From Vicugna vicugna (Eukaryota): 64,000 nt of DNA. Made by a program: the position numbers and the translations under genes. Under the pieces are notes generated by a model. The model saw nothing but the letters and a program-made list of their open reading frames with translations. It was not told where the DNA came from and made no database searches. Position 1 is the stretch's first letter. Each line of letters opens with the position of its first letter. Below are positions 12,201 to 22,294 of the stretch, piece after piece. Where the stretch lies: positions 4,116,501-4,180,500 of the forward strand of contig MU059953.1 in NCBI GenBank assembly GCA_013265495.1. Direction: 5' to 3'.

Positions 12201-15200
12201 ACACGGCTGCCTGCCTTCGCCCCCACGGAGTCGTGGTCCTAAGAGAGGCAGCCTGGGGGACGAGGCTGGTTGCGCAGTGGGAGGCCGGCCCTGTGGGAGG
12301 TGCCCCCTTCCTAGGCGTGTCCGCAGGGCCTTGATTCATCTGCTGCCCAGTGCGGGGTCTGATGCGGCTTGGGAAGGCCAGGTCCTGCCTCGACCACCCT
12401 GCCTCGACCTTGGCCAAGTGAGTGGGCCAGGCAGCTGGGCTCCTGGCTATGGGGCTGGTTTGAATGAGATCCTGGAGGGGCAGCAGCAGGTAGGAGAACC
12501 GGCCCAGGATGGTGAGCCCAGCCCCCTCAGCCTGCCCCCACCCTGCCCCAGTGACTCTTCCTGGCTGGGTGGCACCCCCAAGTTCTGAGCACCTCCAACC
12601 CTCAATTTTTTCATCTGCATAATGGGATTGAAGAGCCTAGTTGGAGAATACAGATGCGCCTTGAGCACCGAGCAGGTGCCAGTTTCCCTCAGCGAGGTCC
12701 AGGAGGGCTCTAGGTCCCCTTCCTTTGACAGATGGGGAAACTGAGGCCCAGAGAGGGCAAGGGACGCCCTTGGGAAGCCTCCTCCCCCAGGCCGTGCAGC
12801 CAGTAACTGAATCTCAGCTGTGGTGACTGGTGTCCGGCACCCATCTGTGGGTCATGATTTTCTCGGCCTGGGTGGCATTACAGGCTGTAACCCGGCTCGG
12901 CCACAGCTGTCCTCGATGTATAATGCATGGCAGGCATGGCGCTGCTCAAATCTCATCAAAAACACAGGAAAAGAGACACCAGGCCGTGGGAAGGGCCCCA
13001 GCCCAGGGCCAGCTGACCGCCAACCTTGGGGCAGCAGCCCCATTTGGGGGCAGCACATGCCCAGCTGTCAGGACCCCAAAGGTCGGGACCCAACATCTGC
13101 CACTCCTTCAGGTCCTTGTGGATTCAGTGAGTGTCCAGGGCCCGAATGAGGGACATGGGGACGTGGATACTCCTGTCGCTTGAGAGCAGATTCGGTTGAG
13201 GGGAAGGGCTGAGGGCTCCCAGGCAGGGGCAGGGCACAGAGGAGGCACTGTCGGGCTCAGAGCTCTGTCTTGGTGGGCATCGGCTGGGGCCACCTGGGGC
13301 TCAGCCCCACTGTGTCCATCAGACTGTCAGCGCCTGCTTCTCTAACCATGGGGTCTAGGGTCTGACTCGACCCTGCTAGCAGCTCCTAAGCCAGCTCATG
13401 CCTGTGTTGTGGACACTGGAAGCAGAGAGGAGGTTCCCGGGTCCGAGACACATGGCAGGGAGCAAGCATCATGTTTTGTTGGGTCCCTTTGCCCCCTGAG
13501 CCCCAAGGTGACCGACACAGGCCCAGATCACTGCTGTGCACACAGGCTTGTGTCACAGTTGGGGACCGCCAAGCCTGGGGGTCCCCTCCCTGCTTTGTGG
13601 CGTGGGGCAAGCAGCCTGCTCTTCCTGCCGGAGCCCCCTGTGCAAAGGCAGCCCTGAGAAACAGCTTGGTGAGGGGCAGCCAGGGCTTTGCATCCTTGGG
13701 AAGGGTGCCGGAGACCCAGCCAATGCCGGGCGTCCCCCAGAGGCCCATCCACCTGCCTCTTCCTCCACGGCTGGTGCCCCCGGACCAAAGGAATGGTGAT
13801 TCGAGGGGCTCTCAGTCCTGGCAGGAGCAAGGAGTAGGGTCTCAAGATTCTGATCCCAGCTCTGCCCCATCCCAGCTGTGGGACCTTGAGAAAGCCCCTT
13901 GCCCTCTCCGAGTCTCAGTTTCCCCATCTGTGCCTGGGACGGCAGTGGGGGATTCCTCTGAATTGGTTCTTCTTGTGTGACCAGGGGTCTCAGGCCTGCC
14001 CCCACCTCTCTGGAGGGTCTGTGGAGGGTTAAGGCACCGTGGTAGGGGATCCCACACCGAGCCCAGGCCCGCTGAGCCACCTGACACCTGGGCCTTCAAA
14101 TATTAATGCGATGCCTCCTGCTCCCGGGGGCGGCAGCTGAGCCGGCCCTCGACGGCCCAGGACGGCTGCAGCTCCCGGTGCTCACAGCCCAGTGCCTGCT
14201 TCCAAGGGTCCTTCCGGGCTGGGGGCTGGTGGACAATCCCCGACCTGCCACGCGCCCGGGCCCCTGGGCTCTCTGCACAGAGGGAGGTATGCAGGGCGGC
14301 GGGCAGGCGGGCTTTCGGGCTGTGCTCCTTCCCCCATGGCCCCAGTGGGCTGACGGCTGTGGACAGGAATGCCACTGAGGGGCCGGAGGTGGTGGCCGCA
14401 GAGCCAGGGTTCTGGGCTGGGGTGGCCACCGAGCGCCCATGCCTCCTTTCTGGGAGGAGGGACAGGGCCCACCTACAGGTGAGCAAGGGGACACAGAATG
14501 GCCAAGGAATTTGCCCCAACAGGACCAGCTGCATCTTGTGCAGGGCCCTGGGCAAAGTGAGCATCTGGGCTTCTTGTTAAAAACTGGTTAAGAATTTAAC
14601 AACAGAGCATGAAATGGAGCTGCAAGAGGGCCACCCGCTCATGACGCCAGGGTCGGCCCCAAGCTGCACATCCTGTGCGGGGCTGGTTTGAACCAGCTCC
14701 TCTGCTCTGCTCTGGGCTCTCCCAGTGCCAGCCTGGGCACCTGGAGGCCACTTTCTGCCACAGCTGCCTGCTGAAGGGAGCGGGTGAGGAGCTTCGGTCT
14801 GACAGCCGAGGGTGGGTGCCCAGAGGGAGCGCGCAGCCGGGAGCCCATTTGAAAGACAGGGTCATCCAGCCTCCAATGTTCAGCTTTCAATCCAAAGGCA
14901 GCAAGCCTGGCTCTGGGGTCCTTGAAGCACAGCTCAGTGTCCTCCTGGAGGACTTCTCCGCCTCCTGAGGAGGGCCGTGTGAAGGCAGAGAGACACGGCA
15001 GTCCTGCTGCTGTCAACAGCTGCGGCGTCACAGTGGCCTGCCTGCCCCCAGCCTCCTGCTCGGCCAGCCCATGAGCCTGCTGGGCCAGCAGTCCTGGCTC
15101 CTGCTAGTCAGACGCAATGAGGCCTCGCAGGGCTGAGCTGGAGACAGGGGATGGAGCACCTCCAGGTCAAGGATTCTTTGTGGCTGCCCACCAGTAAGTG

Positions 15201-18200
15201 CTTGGCAGCAGGGGAGGTGATCCAGGCCAGGTCTGTGCCTTGCCCCAGACCTAGGGCAGACCTGAGGTTGAGAGGTGAGTGCGCCTGCAGCCCCAGACGT
15301 GGATTCCCCTGACCCCAGGCTACTTGGGACCAGAGTTGGAGTCTCTGTTTCCAGGTGGCCCTTGGGAGGTGGCCTAGACACTGCAGGGTGGGTACCTGGG
15401 CGCAGTGCCACTGCTCTGAGGCCTGGTCACAGCCACACTGCCCCTGCTTAGGGGGCTGAGTTCCAAGTTCATTGTGGTTTCCCCTATGCCCAGGAACTGG
15501 GCACGTTCTCCTTGGAGAGACCGGGCATTTCCAGGCAGTTTGTCTCAGCACAGAGTCAGGAGACAGACACAGATGGGGTGTGTGTGCGTGTGTGAGTGTG
15601 CATGTGTGCACATGGCTCTTGTAAGGCCTAGGAGTGCTGAGCACAAGGGGGACTCTAGACCCTGACCCAGAACCCAAAGCCGCCCAGTGGAGCTGCCTCC
15701 AGAGGGAGCCCATGAGCTTGGCCCTGAGATGGGGGCTCACTAGACAAGTGTGTGGGGAGCCCTGCTCACCCAGTGTGGACGGGGCAGAGACATGGGGGGA
15801 CAGAACCCGTAGGGGTACCTCGCTCCTGCACACTTACCTCTCCCAGCCCTGTTGCAGACGCACAGCCCCAGGGAGACCAGGCCTGGGCTAGCCCACTGCA
15901 GCCCCCCACCCCCAGCTGGCAGCCCAAGGCAAGGCCCACCTGGGCCTCCCACTGACCCGGCTGGTCCACCCCCAGGTGCCGCTCCTGATGACGCCCCCGC
16001 CCCCGCCATTCCCCGCTCCTCCGCTGTCGGCTGCAAGGCACTCCCTGGAGGATGGAAGAAGAGGGGGCCCAGGTCTCGGGAACCCCACCTGTGAGTACAG
16101 TCTCCAGGGAGGACTGGCCTGGGCCGTGGGTGCTAGGAGGGGGCCCTGCCGGCCTCACCTCTGAGGTTCTTCGAGGGGGCGTGGGGGAGGTGAGGAGAAG
16201 CAGTCTCTGGGCTGCTGGGTACATAGGACACTGAGGACAGGGTTGGGGCCACCCCTTCCTCGACCCAACCCCCCAACTCTTCCAGTCTCCTTTTTTTGTC
16301 TTGTTGCCTTTTTAAAGTGAGAATGAATGTGTTCCACAATGGGCCTAATAACCGTAATTAAACAGCCTCCTGCCCAGCCCCCAGGGGTCACTCTGAGCTC
16401 TGAGCACCCCCCCCCCCGGCCTGACTCTTCTACCTGTGTGACCTTGGGTGGCCTATCCCCTCTCTGGGCCTCAGCTTGTCCCGGGGTAAATCAAAGGCTG
16501 GGTCTGAAGGGGCCTTCTGAGGCTGCTGCTGTTGCCTGAGACTCCAGCAGGGGGCAGGAGTACGGCCCTCAAACTGCCGGCCATAACCCGTTAGGGGATT
16601 AGGAGCAGCATTTATCAAAATGAAATGGAATGGAACAGCATGAAGAATGTGAGCAGGCCCCACATGCGGTGAGGGGAAGCATCACTTCGTGGGATGGGTT
16701 GTGGTTATATAGCCAGGTGTAGCGTGTGTGTGTCTTTGTGTGGGGGGGGGTGGGGGAGGGGCAGTAAAAGGACAGATTTGCACCTGATGGGGCTGCATTA
16801 GGTCCCCAGACCATGGAACCCTACGCCCTTTCTAGCTCCTTCCAGGCTCTAGGAGGGGCTAGGGAGAAGGACAGGCTGTGGAGTATGTGTGGGGGGGGGA
16901 GGGGCAGTAAAAGGACAGATTTGCACCTGATGGGGCTGCATTAGGTCCCCAGACCATGGAACCCTACGCCCTTTCTAGCTCCTTCCAGGCTCTAGGAGGG
17001 GCTAGGGAGAAGGACAGGCTGTGGGATGGGATGAGGTGGGTAAAAGGCAGGCTCTCCAACCCGCCAGGCTCCAAGCAGGCCGCATGGATGCCCAGGGAAC
17101 CCCAGGGATGAAGGAGTTTGCCCAGGCCCCAGGGCACTTTGTAGGGGGGCTGGTTGGGTCTCTGGCTCCAGGTCCAGTGGTCCTTCAGGAAGGCCAGGGT
17201 CTTCTGCCCCCAACTCCCCTGGCCTCTCTGGAAGCCCCTCTGACTCCAGCTCCCCCGTCCTGACAGCAGCGTCTCTCAGCCCCACCTGGCCCAGCCAGCC
17301 TGACCAGCATCTTCCAAGGGAGCAGACAACCTACACAGCCCCCCCGAGGGTCACCACCAGTGCCATGGCTGTCCCCACGGTGAGCGCTCCGCCACGCCCT
17401 TGCCTCCCAAGGCACCCCCCAGCCAACCTCGAAGCCCAGCTGGCCTCTCACCGTGTTCTTCTACGTGGCCAGGTCTCTCCTGGGGCAGCCAGGCCCTTCT
17501 TTGCAGGTCGACGTCAGGAGGTGCCTGGGGTGACTGGCTGGTTCTAGAGGGCACACCCAGCTTCTGGGTAGGTGGGAATTTCAAGGCCACAAGCAGCTTG
17601 TCACCCTCTCATAGTAGACGTGGACCTTCTCTGATTCTAGGAAGCCCCAGGGGCCCAAGACCCTCACCCTGACCTCTGAACATAGGGGTGCTCGTGCCCC
17701 TTCGGACACTGCTGTCACGGTGCAGGGAAGCATCTGGCCATGGGGAGGCTGGACCTGGCACCCTCTGCCCTTGAGGTCTCCCAGCTAGCCTGGGATCTGC
17801 TCCTCTCTCTCCTCTATCTGGGCACCAGACCCTTAGAAATCCAGCCCACCCTTTCCCTGAATGGGTGCTGGGAACTCAGCCCCTGAGATGTTCTGTGTGA
17901 GTTTGGGAAATGCTGCACAGTGCCGCCCCCTTGGAGAATTACAGTGGACACAGTTCATTAAAGGCTCATTAAAGACAAGTCCTGCAGTCCAGAATTGGCT
18001 ATCAGACTTCATCTATGCAACCGTTCCTCAGATGAGTTTGCCCATCCTCATGGCATGCTCTGGGCCACACCTTCTCTGCCATATACAGAAAAAGGGAGGA
18101 ACCTCTGGTCGCCTCTCAGCCGACGATCCTCCCTACACATACCTGGTCCCACAGAGGACACCAGGGTCCCTGCCCTCGAAAGACTCACACTTAACCAGGC

Positions 18201-21200
18201 TGGGGTGCTGTGCGTGGTCTACCCGGCCCTCCCTGGTCGCCGCTATCGCCTACCCCTCCTCCCTGAGCTGCGCTCATCCTGGGCGGTCCTCCCCTCACCT
18301 CCCGGACCGGGGTCCCTTAGGGGCCCTGGACGACCTGCCTACGTCCACACAGGGAGCGGATACTGCGGCGGGGGACGCCCCGGACAGCCTGGTTGCGCTG
18401 CAGCTGGACGGGCTGCCCTCCGGTGACCTGGATGGGCTGGTGCCCACGAGGGATGAGCGCGGCCGGGCCATCCCTGAGTGGAAGCGGCAGGTGATGGTGC
18501 GGAAGCTGCAGGCTCGCCTGGGCACAGTCCCAGCGCTGGAGGCCCAGGTGGAGCAGGGGGCGGGGCCTGGGAGGGGGCGGGGCCCGGCGTGGAGGGTNNN
18601 NNNNNNNNNNNNNNNNNNNNNNNNNNNNNNNNNNNNNNNNNNNNGGGGCGGGGTGGGGCCAGAGCAGAGGGCGGAGGCAGAAGCAGGAGGCTTTCCACTG
18701 GCAGGTGGACGTGGAAGGTGGGGCCCTTAGCCCACACCTCGAGTCTGGAAACCCAGGTAACACCCCCCCCACTACGTGTCCCTCTGTGGCCTCAGCTTCC
18801 TCTTCTGTCAGGCGATGAAGTTGAACCAGATCAGAGGGCTGTGAGCAGTGCCCCTTCACCTGCATTAGAGATGTGGTGCCCACGTGTTCTTTGATCTAAC
18901 GATTTGTATCCCGTGCGTACCCTGTGCCAAGCTCTGTTCTCAGCAGTGAAGACCAGCCCTGCCCGCCTAGTGCTTATATTCCAGTGGGGAAGACGGAGTG
19001 ACTGGGCAATTACGCTGGGTGTGTGGGGGTGGGGAGGTGATTCTAAGTGCTGTGGAAGGAAGCAAAACCATGTAAAGGGGAGAGGCTATTCCGTCCAGGT
19101 GCTCAGGGGCAGCCTCTCTGGGGAGTGGCCTTGAGCAGGGGCCAGAAGGAAATGAGAGGGAAGCCCTATCAGAATTTGGGACAAGTGACTGCCAGCAGTG
19201 GAAGCAGCAGGTGCAAAGATCCTGAGGCATGGGTGGGACCACCCAAGGGAGGAGCAGGAGGAGGCTGGTACTGCTGGAGTGGAATGAACGAGGGATGGTG
19301 GGTAGAGGTGAGATTGGAGAGGAGATGGGTGGATATTATAAGACTTTGAGGAGCCTTTGAGAATCTGAGCAGGGAAGTGCTGGGCTCTGGCTTGGATTTT
19401 AACAGGCTTCCTCTGGCTTCCCTGTGGGCAGTTGCTCTAGAGTCTTACCCTGGAGGGATACGGTTTTGTCTGAACGATATATTCTGCAACCCTTGGTCTA
19501 GAGCTGCCCTGTCGAATACAATAATGCCAGCCCTATGTGGCTATTTAAATTAATTAAAATGAAATAAAGTAAACCCCCTCCCCTCAGTTGCACCAGCTGC
19601 ATTTCATTTCCGTAGCCTCAGGTGCCAGTGTCTACTGCGTGTTTTGGCACGCTGTCCCCATCAGCACGGAAGTGTTGGGCAGTGTTGGTCTAATGGCCCA
19701 GCCTGTCCTCGCTGTCAGGGATGGAGGCCCATGGGGTTGGGGGTAGAGCAAGGCAGGGGTAGGTGGGGGCCTCCCGCCACACCCGGGAAGCCCTGTTGAG
19801 TCTGACCTTGGGACGGAGCTGGGGGTCTGCGGAGAACTCGGGAAAGCAGAGGGGGACAGGCTGGAGGGACTGGGGGACTGGCTTCAGCCCCAGGCTAGCC
19901 ATAGTCTGCAGATTCCTGTGCCTGACCCTCATGGGCCAGACACTGCTCAGGGAGGCAGCTACTCCCCCGATTTCTGCTCCCCACCCAGGCCTCCTGGGAC
20001 AAGGAGTCAGAACTTACTCATACAGAGCCACTTGGCACCAGACAGTCCCGGGCCTCTTAGCAGCCAAATGGCAGCTCCGTCCCCTCACCTGTGAAGAGAG
20101 GCAGATGCAGCGTTTCCCTCAGGGGTCTCAGGAATAATCAGGCGTTCGCAGAGCCACGCCCCGGGGGAGCCCAGCTCGAGACCCTCCGTGTCCGTCTCCC
20201 CCACAAGCTGTGAGCTCAGTGAGGCAGGACTAGTGCCAGGGGAAGCCCTGGGGGCTGCAGCGTTTTGGGGTGGAGTTGGCTACACACCGGGAGAACCCAG
20301 AGTAGAGCCTCGAGGCTGCCCATCTTCGGAGCTGCTGTCCAACCGCGGAGGCTCCGTGGAGAGAGATTCTTTGAGTTAAACACCGAGGAGTTGAGGAGGG
20401 CTGGGGGGTGGCAGAGCAGAGGCACCCTCCCCTCTTCAGAGGGGAAGACTGGGCCCTCGCGGGGAGGGTGACTACCCAGAGCCCCAAACTCCGACGGGCT
20501 GGCCAGCCGCCTTATTTACATTCTAAGTCCAGGCAAGGGCCAGCGAGGGTCCAGGGGCTGGGCTGGCTTTCCCAGGGGCACCTAGAATCAGGCCACTGGG
20601 GGGGAGCTTGTGTCCAGTGGGAACAGCACCCCCTCCCCACTGAGATCCGCAGTGTGGCTGTGGCTCCACTGACCTGCCCTCCTTGTGCCCAGGACGATGG
20701 CGGGAGCCCCGCGGAGCAGGCAGCCTGGCGGTACTCACAGACCCACCAGGCCATCCTGGGCCCCTTCGGAGAGCTGCTGACCGAGGACGACCTGGTGTAC
20801 CTGGAGAAGCAGATCGCCGACCTGCAGCTGCGGCACCGCTGCCAGGAGTACGAGAACGAGCTGGGCCGGCTGGCGGCGGAGCTGCAGGCCCTGCTGCCCG
20901 CACCCCTGGTCAGCATCACTGTCAACAGCCACTTCTTGCCCTGGGCGCCCGGGCTGGAGGGCGAGGAGGCTCCCAGCCCTGAGATCGAGCCCCAGGGCTC
21001 CACAGGGGCCCTGGAGGCCGCGTCTGGAGCGCAGCACCTGCCCTTCTGGTGCAGCCACGTCGCCCGGCTGGTGCGCAGCTTGTCCCTGCTGCTGAAGGGC
21101 GTGAACGGGCTGGTGCAGGGCGAGGAGAGGCCAGCCGCTAGGCCCCTACAGGAGGCCCACAGGGAGGTCCCAGCCAGTCCCCCAAGGAGCAAGGCCCAGC

Positions 21201-22294
21201 GCGAGATCCAGGAGTGCGGGGTGTCTGTGCGGACCCTTCGTGGCAACTTTGAATCAGCCCCTAGCCAGCCCTGCACCCCAAGCCCCGGCCCCTGTGAGCT
21301 GGGGGCCCAGCCCGGGCAATGCCTGAGAGGCTGCTGGCCTGCTCCCCTGAAGCCTCGTGGCGGCCCAATGGGCAGGGAGCCTGGAACAGGCGACACAGAG
21401 GAGGCCAGCGACTCGGGCATCAGCTGTGAGGAGGCCCCATCGGAGGCCGGCGCCAGGCCAGGCCCTGACCTGGCCAACCTTCGCAAGGAACGCATCGTCA
21501 TGCTCTTCCTGAGTCACTGGAAGAAGTCGGCCTGCACGCCCACCCTCAAGACGGCCACCTGCAGGACCCTGGAGGCCTGGCGCATTGGGCCGCGGGGGCA
21601 GGAGGCAGCCAGGGGCCCTCGACTGCCCTCCCCGCCACCCAGCGAGAGCCCGCGGCTGGGCCACCTGTGGCAGCAGCGCAGCATCATCGCCCACCTGCTG
21701 GGCAACTGGAAGTCCATCCTGGCACACGTGCCCGCCCGGCAGCTGCGGCGACTGAGCCGGCGGCCCCGCGGGCCCCTTTCCCCCGAGCAGTTCCTGCCCC
21801 ACGTGGACGGGGCGCCTGTGCCCTACAGCAGCCTCACGCTGGACCTCTTCATGCTGGGCTACTTTCAGCTCCTGGAGTGCGACCTGCCAGCCGAGGAGCG
21901 CAAGATGCGCCACCTGCTCTGCTTCGAGGTCTTCGAGCACCTGGGCGCCCATGGCTGGGAGGCCGTGCGCACCTTCCACAAGGCCGTGACCGACGAGGTG
22001 GCCGCCGGCCGCCGTGCCTGGACTGATGGCTTCGAGGACATCAAAGCCCGCTTCTTTGGCTCCAGCCGCAGCCCCGCCGGGGACCCAGAGCCCGGCCGCA
22101 AGTCGGGTCTGACCGCGCTCGGGCCCCTGCCACCTGCCGCGGCCCCCAGCAGCAGCCCCGAGCCCGCAGCGCGGAGGCTGAGGCCCGGCTCCCAGCGGGG
22201 CACCTTCAGCAGCGAGGACATCTGTGGCTACATCGGCCGCAGCTTTGCCTTCTGGAAGGAGAAGGAAGCCGAGATGTTCAGCTTCGGGGAGTGA
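2..22294 (+). CDS. ESPNL: Espin-like protein gene, 5'-partial; join(2..214,1427..1617,3146..3332,4619..4801,10231..10362,15976..16090,17267..17379,18353..18547,20693..22294)
   Basis: Nine GT-AG bounded exons join in frame into ankyrin repeats ([44 protein letters not shown]), a proline-rich linker, [14 protein letters not shown] and a C-terminus ending [14 protein letters not shown]-stop. This matches human ESPNL as recalled, and synteny with KLHL30-ERFE-ILKAP agrees. Confidence 0.96.
1427..1617 (+). CDS. ESPNL: ESPNL exon 2 (ankyrin repeats)
   Basis: ctgtag acceptor; [26 protein letters not shown]...LLVAAHG; donor GTGAG at 1618; 191 nt. Confidence 0.95.
2572..2648 (-). mobile_element. Short tRNA-derived SINE (camelid vic-1-like), internally deleted
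   Basis: T-rich tail, then AATGGAGGTACTGGGGA...CTCTACCACTGAG; shares blocks with the copies at 6304 and 8335. Confidence 0.75.
2930..3420. promoter_or_regulatory. Intragenic CpG island over ESPNL exon 3
   Basis: Visibly dense CG dinucleotides and very high GC; bounds approximate. Confidence 0.7.
3146..3332 (+). CDS. ESPNL: ESPNL exon 3 (ankyrin repeats)
   Basis: cccgcag acceptor; [29 protein letters not shown]...HYSLVVWL; donor GTAAG at 3333; 187 nt. Confidence 0.95.
4619..4801 (+). CDS. ESPNL: ESPNL exon 4 (ankyrin repeats)
   Basis: ttcctcag acceptor; [27 protein letters not shown]...AAENGQME; donor GTAAGG at 4802; 183 nt. Confidence 0.95.
5767..5903. repeat. Degenerate pyrimidine-rich minisatellite, about 20-23 bp unit
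   Basis: TCCTGCTCC at 5788, 5810, 5830, 5850, 5872 and 5895. Confidence 0.8.
5905..6170 (-). mobile_element. L1 fragments (3' region and ORF2 RT piece)
   Basis: Minus-strand translation [36 protein letters not shown] resembles L1 ORF2 (ILANRIQQHIKK...QVGFIPGMQGWFNI). Confidence 0.8.
6183..6470. mobile_element. MER5A-like hAT-Charlie DNA transposon remnant, interrupted by a SINE
   Basis: GGTTCTTAAACTTGGCTG start, TTCTGGTTTAATTGGTC core and TAGGTGATTCTAAT end resemble the MER5A consensus as recalled. Confidence 0.6.
6304..6408 (-). mobile_element. tRNA-derived SINE (camelid vic-1-like), near full length
   Basis: Minus strand GGGGAGTGGGCATAGCTCAGTGGTAGAG (A box)...GGGGTCAATCCCCAGTACCTC (B-box-like) and an A-rich tail; CAAGAC flanks both sides. 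Confidence 0.8.
7815..8332 (-). mobile_element. L1 ORF2 C-terminal fragment spanning an assembly gap
   Basis: ORF 7898..8452 reads [15 protein letters not shown]...DKGLMSKI...[10 protein letters not shown], typical of the L1 ORF2 C-terminus. Confidence 0.85.
8038..8220. other. Assembly gap (N run)
   Basis: 183 N. Confidence 0.99.
8335..8462 (-). mobile_element. tRNA-derived SINE (vic-1-like), truncated, long T-rich tail
   Basis: CTGGGGATTGAACCCAGGACCTCGTGCA preceded by a poly-T/TTTC tract. Confidence 0.75.
10231..10362 (+). CDS. ESPNL: ESPNL exon 5
   Basis: cctgcag acceptor; [44 protein letters not shown]; donor GTAAG at 10363; 132 nt. Confidence 0.95.
13850..13932 (+). mobile_element. MIR fragment
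   Basis: CCCAGCTCTGCC...GACCTTGAG...CTCAGTTTCCCCATCTGT core. Confidence 0.6.
15578..15612. repeat. Imperfect (GT)n microsatellite
   Basis: GTGTGTGTGCGTGTGTGAGTGTGCATGTGTGCACA. Confidence 0.8.
15976..16090 (+). CDS. ESPNL: ESPNL exon 6 (proline-rich)
   Basis: ccccag acceptor; [38 protein letters not shown]; donor GTGAGT at 16091; 115 nt. Confidence 0.93.
16752..17024. repeat. Tandem duplication, period 143 bp, 130 bp identical
   Basis: 16752-16881 is identical to 16895-17024. Confidence 0.95.
17267..17379 (+). CDS. ESPNL: ESPNL exon 7
   Basis: tgacag acceptor (NAGNAG, alternative start 17270); [37 protein letters not shown]; donor GTGAGC at 17380; restores frame between exons 6 and 8. Confidence 0.85.
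18353..18547 (+). CDS. ESPNL: ESPNL exon 8
   Basis: cacacag acceptor; [65 protein letters not shown]; weak donor GTGGAG at 18548; 195 nt. Confidence 0.88.
18598..18644. other. Assembly gap (N run) in a G-rich tract
   Basis: 47 N flanked by G-runs. Confidence 0.99.
18895..19430 (-). mobile_element. L2 LINE 3' fragment
   Basis: CTGTGCCAAGCTCTGTTCT...GCAGCAGGTGCAAAGATCCTGAGG...GGATTTTAACAGG resembles the reverse-complement L2 3' consensus as recalled. Confidence 0.6.
19504..19687 (-). mobile_element. MER3-like hAT transposon remnant with decayed 8-bp TSD
   Basis: CTGCCCTGTCGAATAC...ATGTGGCTATTTAAATTAATTAAAAT...GGGCAGTGTTG; flanks GTCTAGAG (19496-19503) and GTCTAATG (19688-19695). Confidence 0.65.
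20693..22294 (+). CDS. ESPNL: ESPNL exon 9 (large terminal coding exon)
   Basis: tgcccag acceptor; [34 protein letters not shown]...FSFGE TGA; part of ORF 20408..22294. Confidence 0.95.
   Translation, partial: DDGGSPAEQAAWRYSQTHQAILGPFGELLTEDDLVYLEKQIADLQLRHRCQEYENELGRLAAELQALLPAPLVSITVNSHFLPWAPGLEGEEAPSPEIEPQGSTGALEAASGAQHLPFWCSHVARLVRSLSLLLKGVNGLVQGEERPAARPLQEAHREVPASPPRSKAQREIQECGVSVRTLRGNFESAPSQPCTPSPGPCELGAQPGQCLRGCWPAPLKPRGGPMGREPGTGDTEEASDSGISCEEAPSEAGARPGPDLANLRKERIVMLFLSHWKKSACTPTLKTATCRTLEAWRIGPRGQEAARGPRLPSPPPSESPRLGHLWQQRSIIAHLLGNWKSILAHVPARQLRRLSRRPRGPLSPEQFLPHVDGAPVPYSSLTLDLFMLGYFQLLECDLPAEERKMRHLLCFEVFEHLGAHGWEAVRTFHKAVTDEVAAGRRAWTDGFEDIKARFFGSSRSPAGDPEPGRKSGLTALGPLPPAAAPSSSPEPAARRLRPGSQRGTFSSEDICGYIGRSFAFWKEKEAEMFSFGE

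Noticed and set aside
20408-20692. In-frame upstream extension of ESPNL exon 9 in the ORF track
   Set aside because: It starts at GTG with no ATG, and a good acceptor at 20692 explains the true exon start
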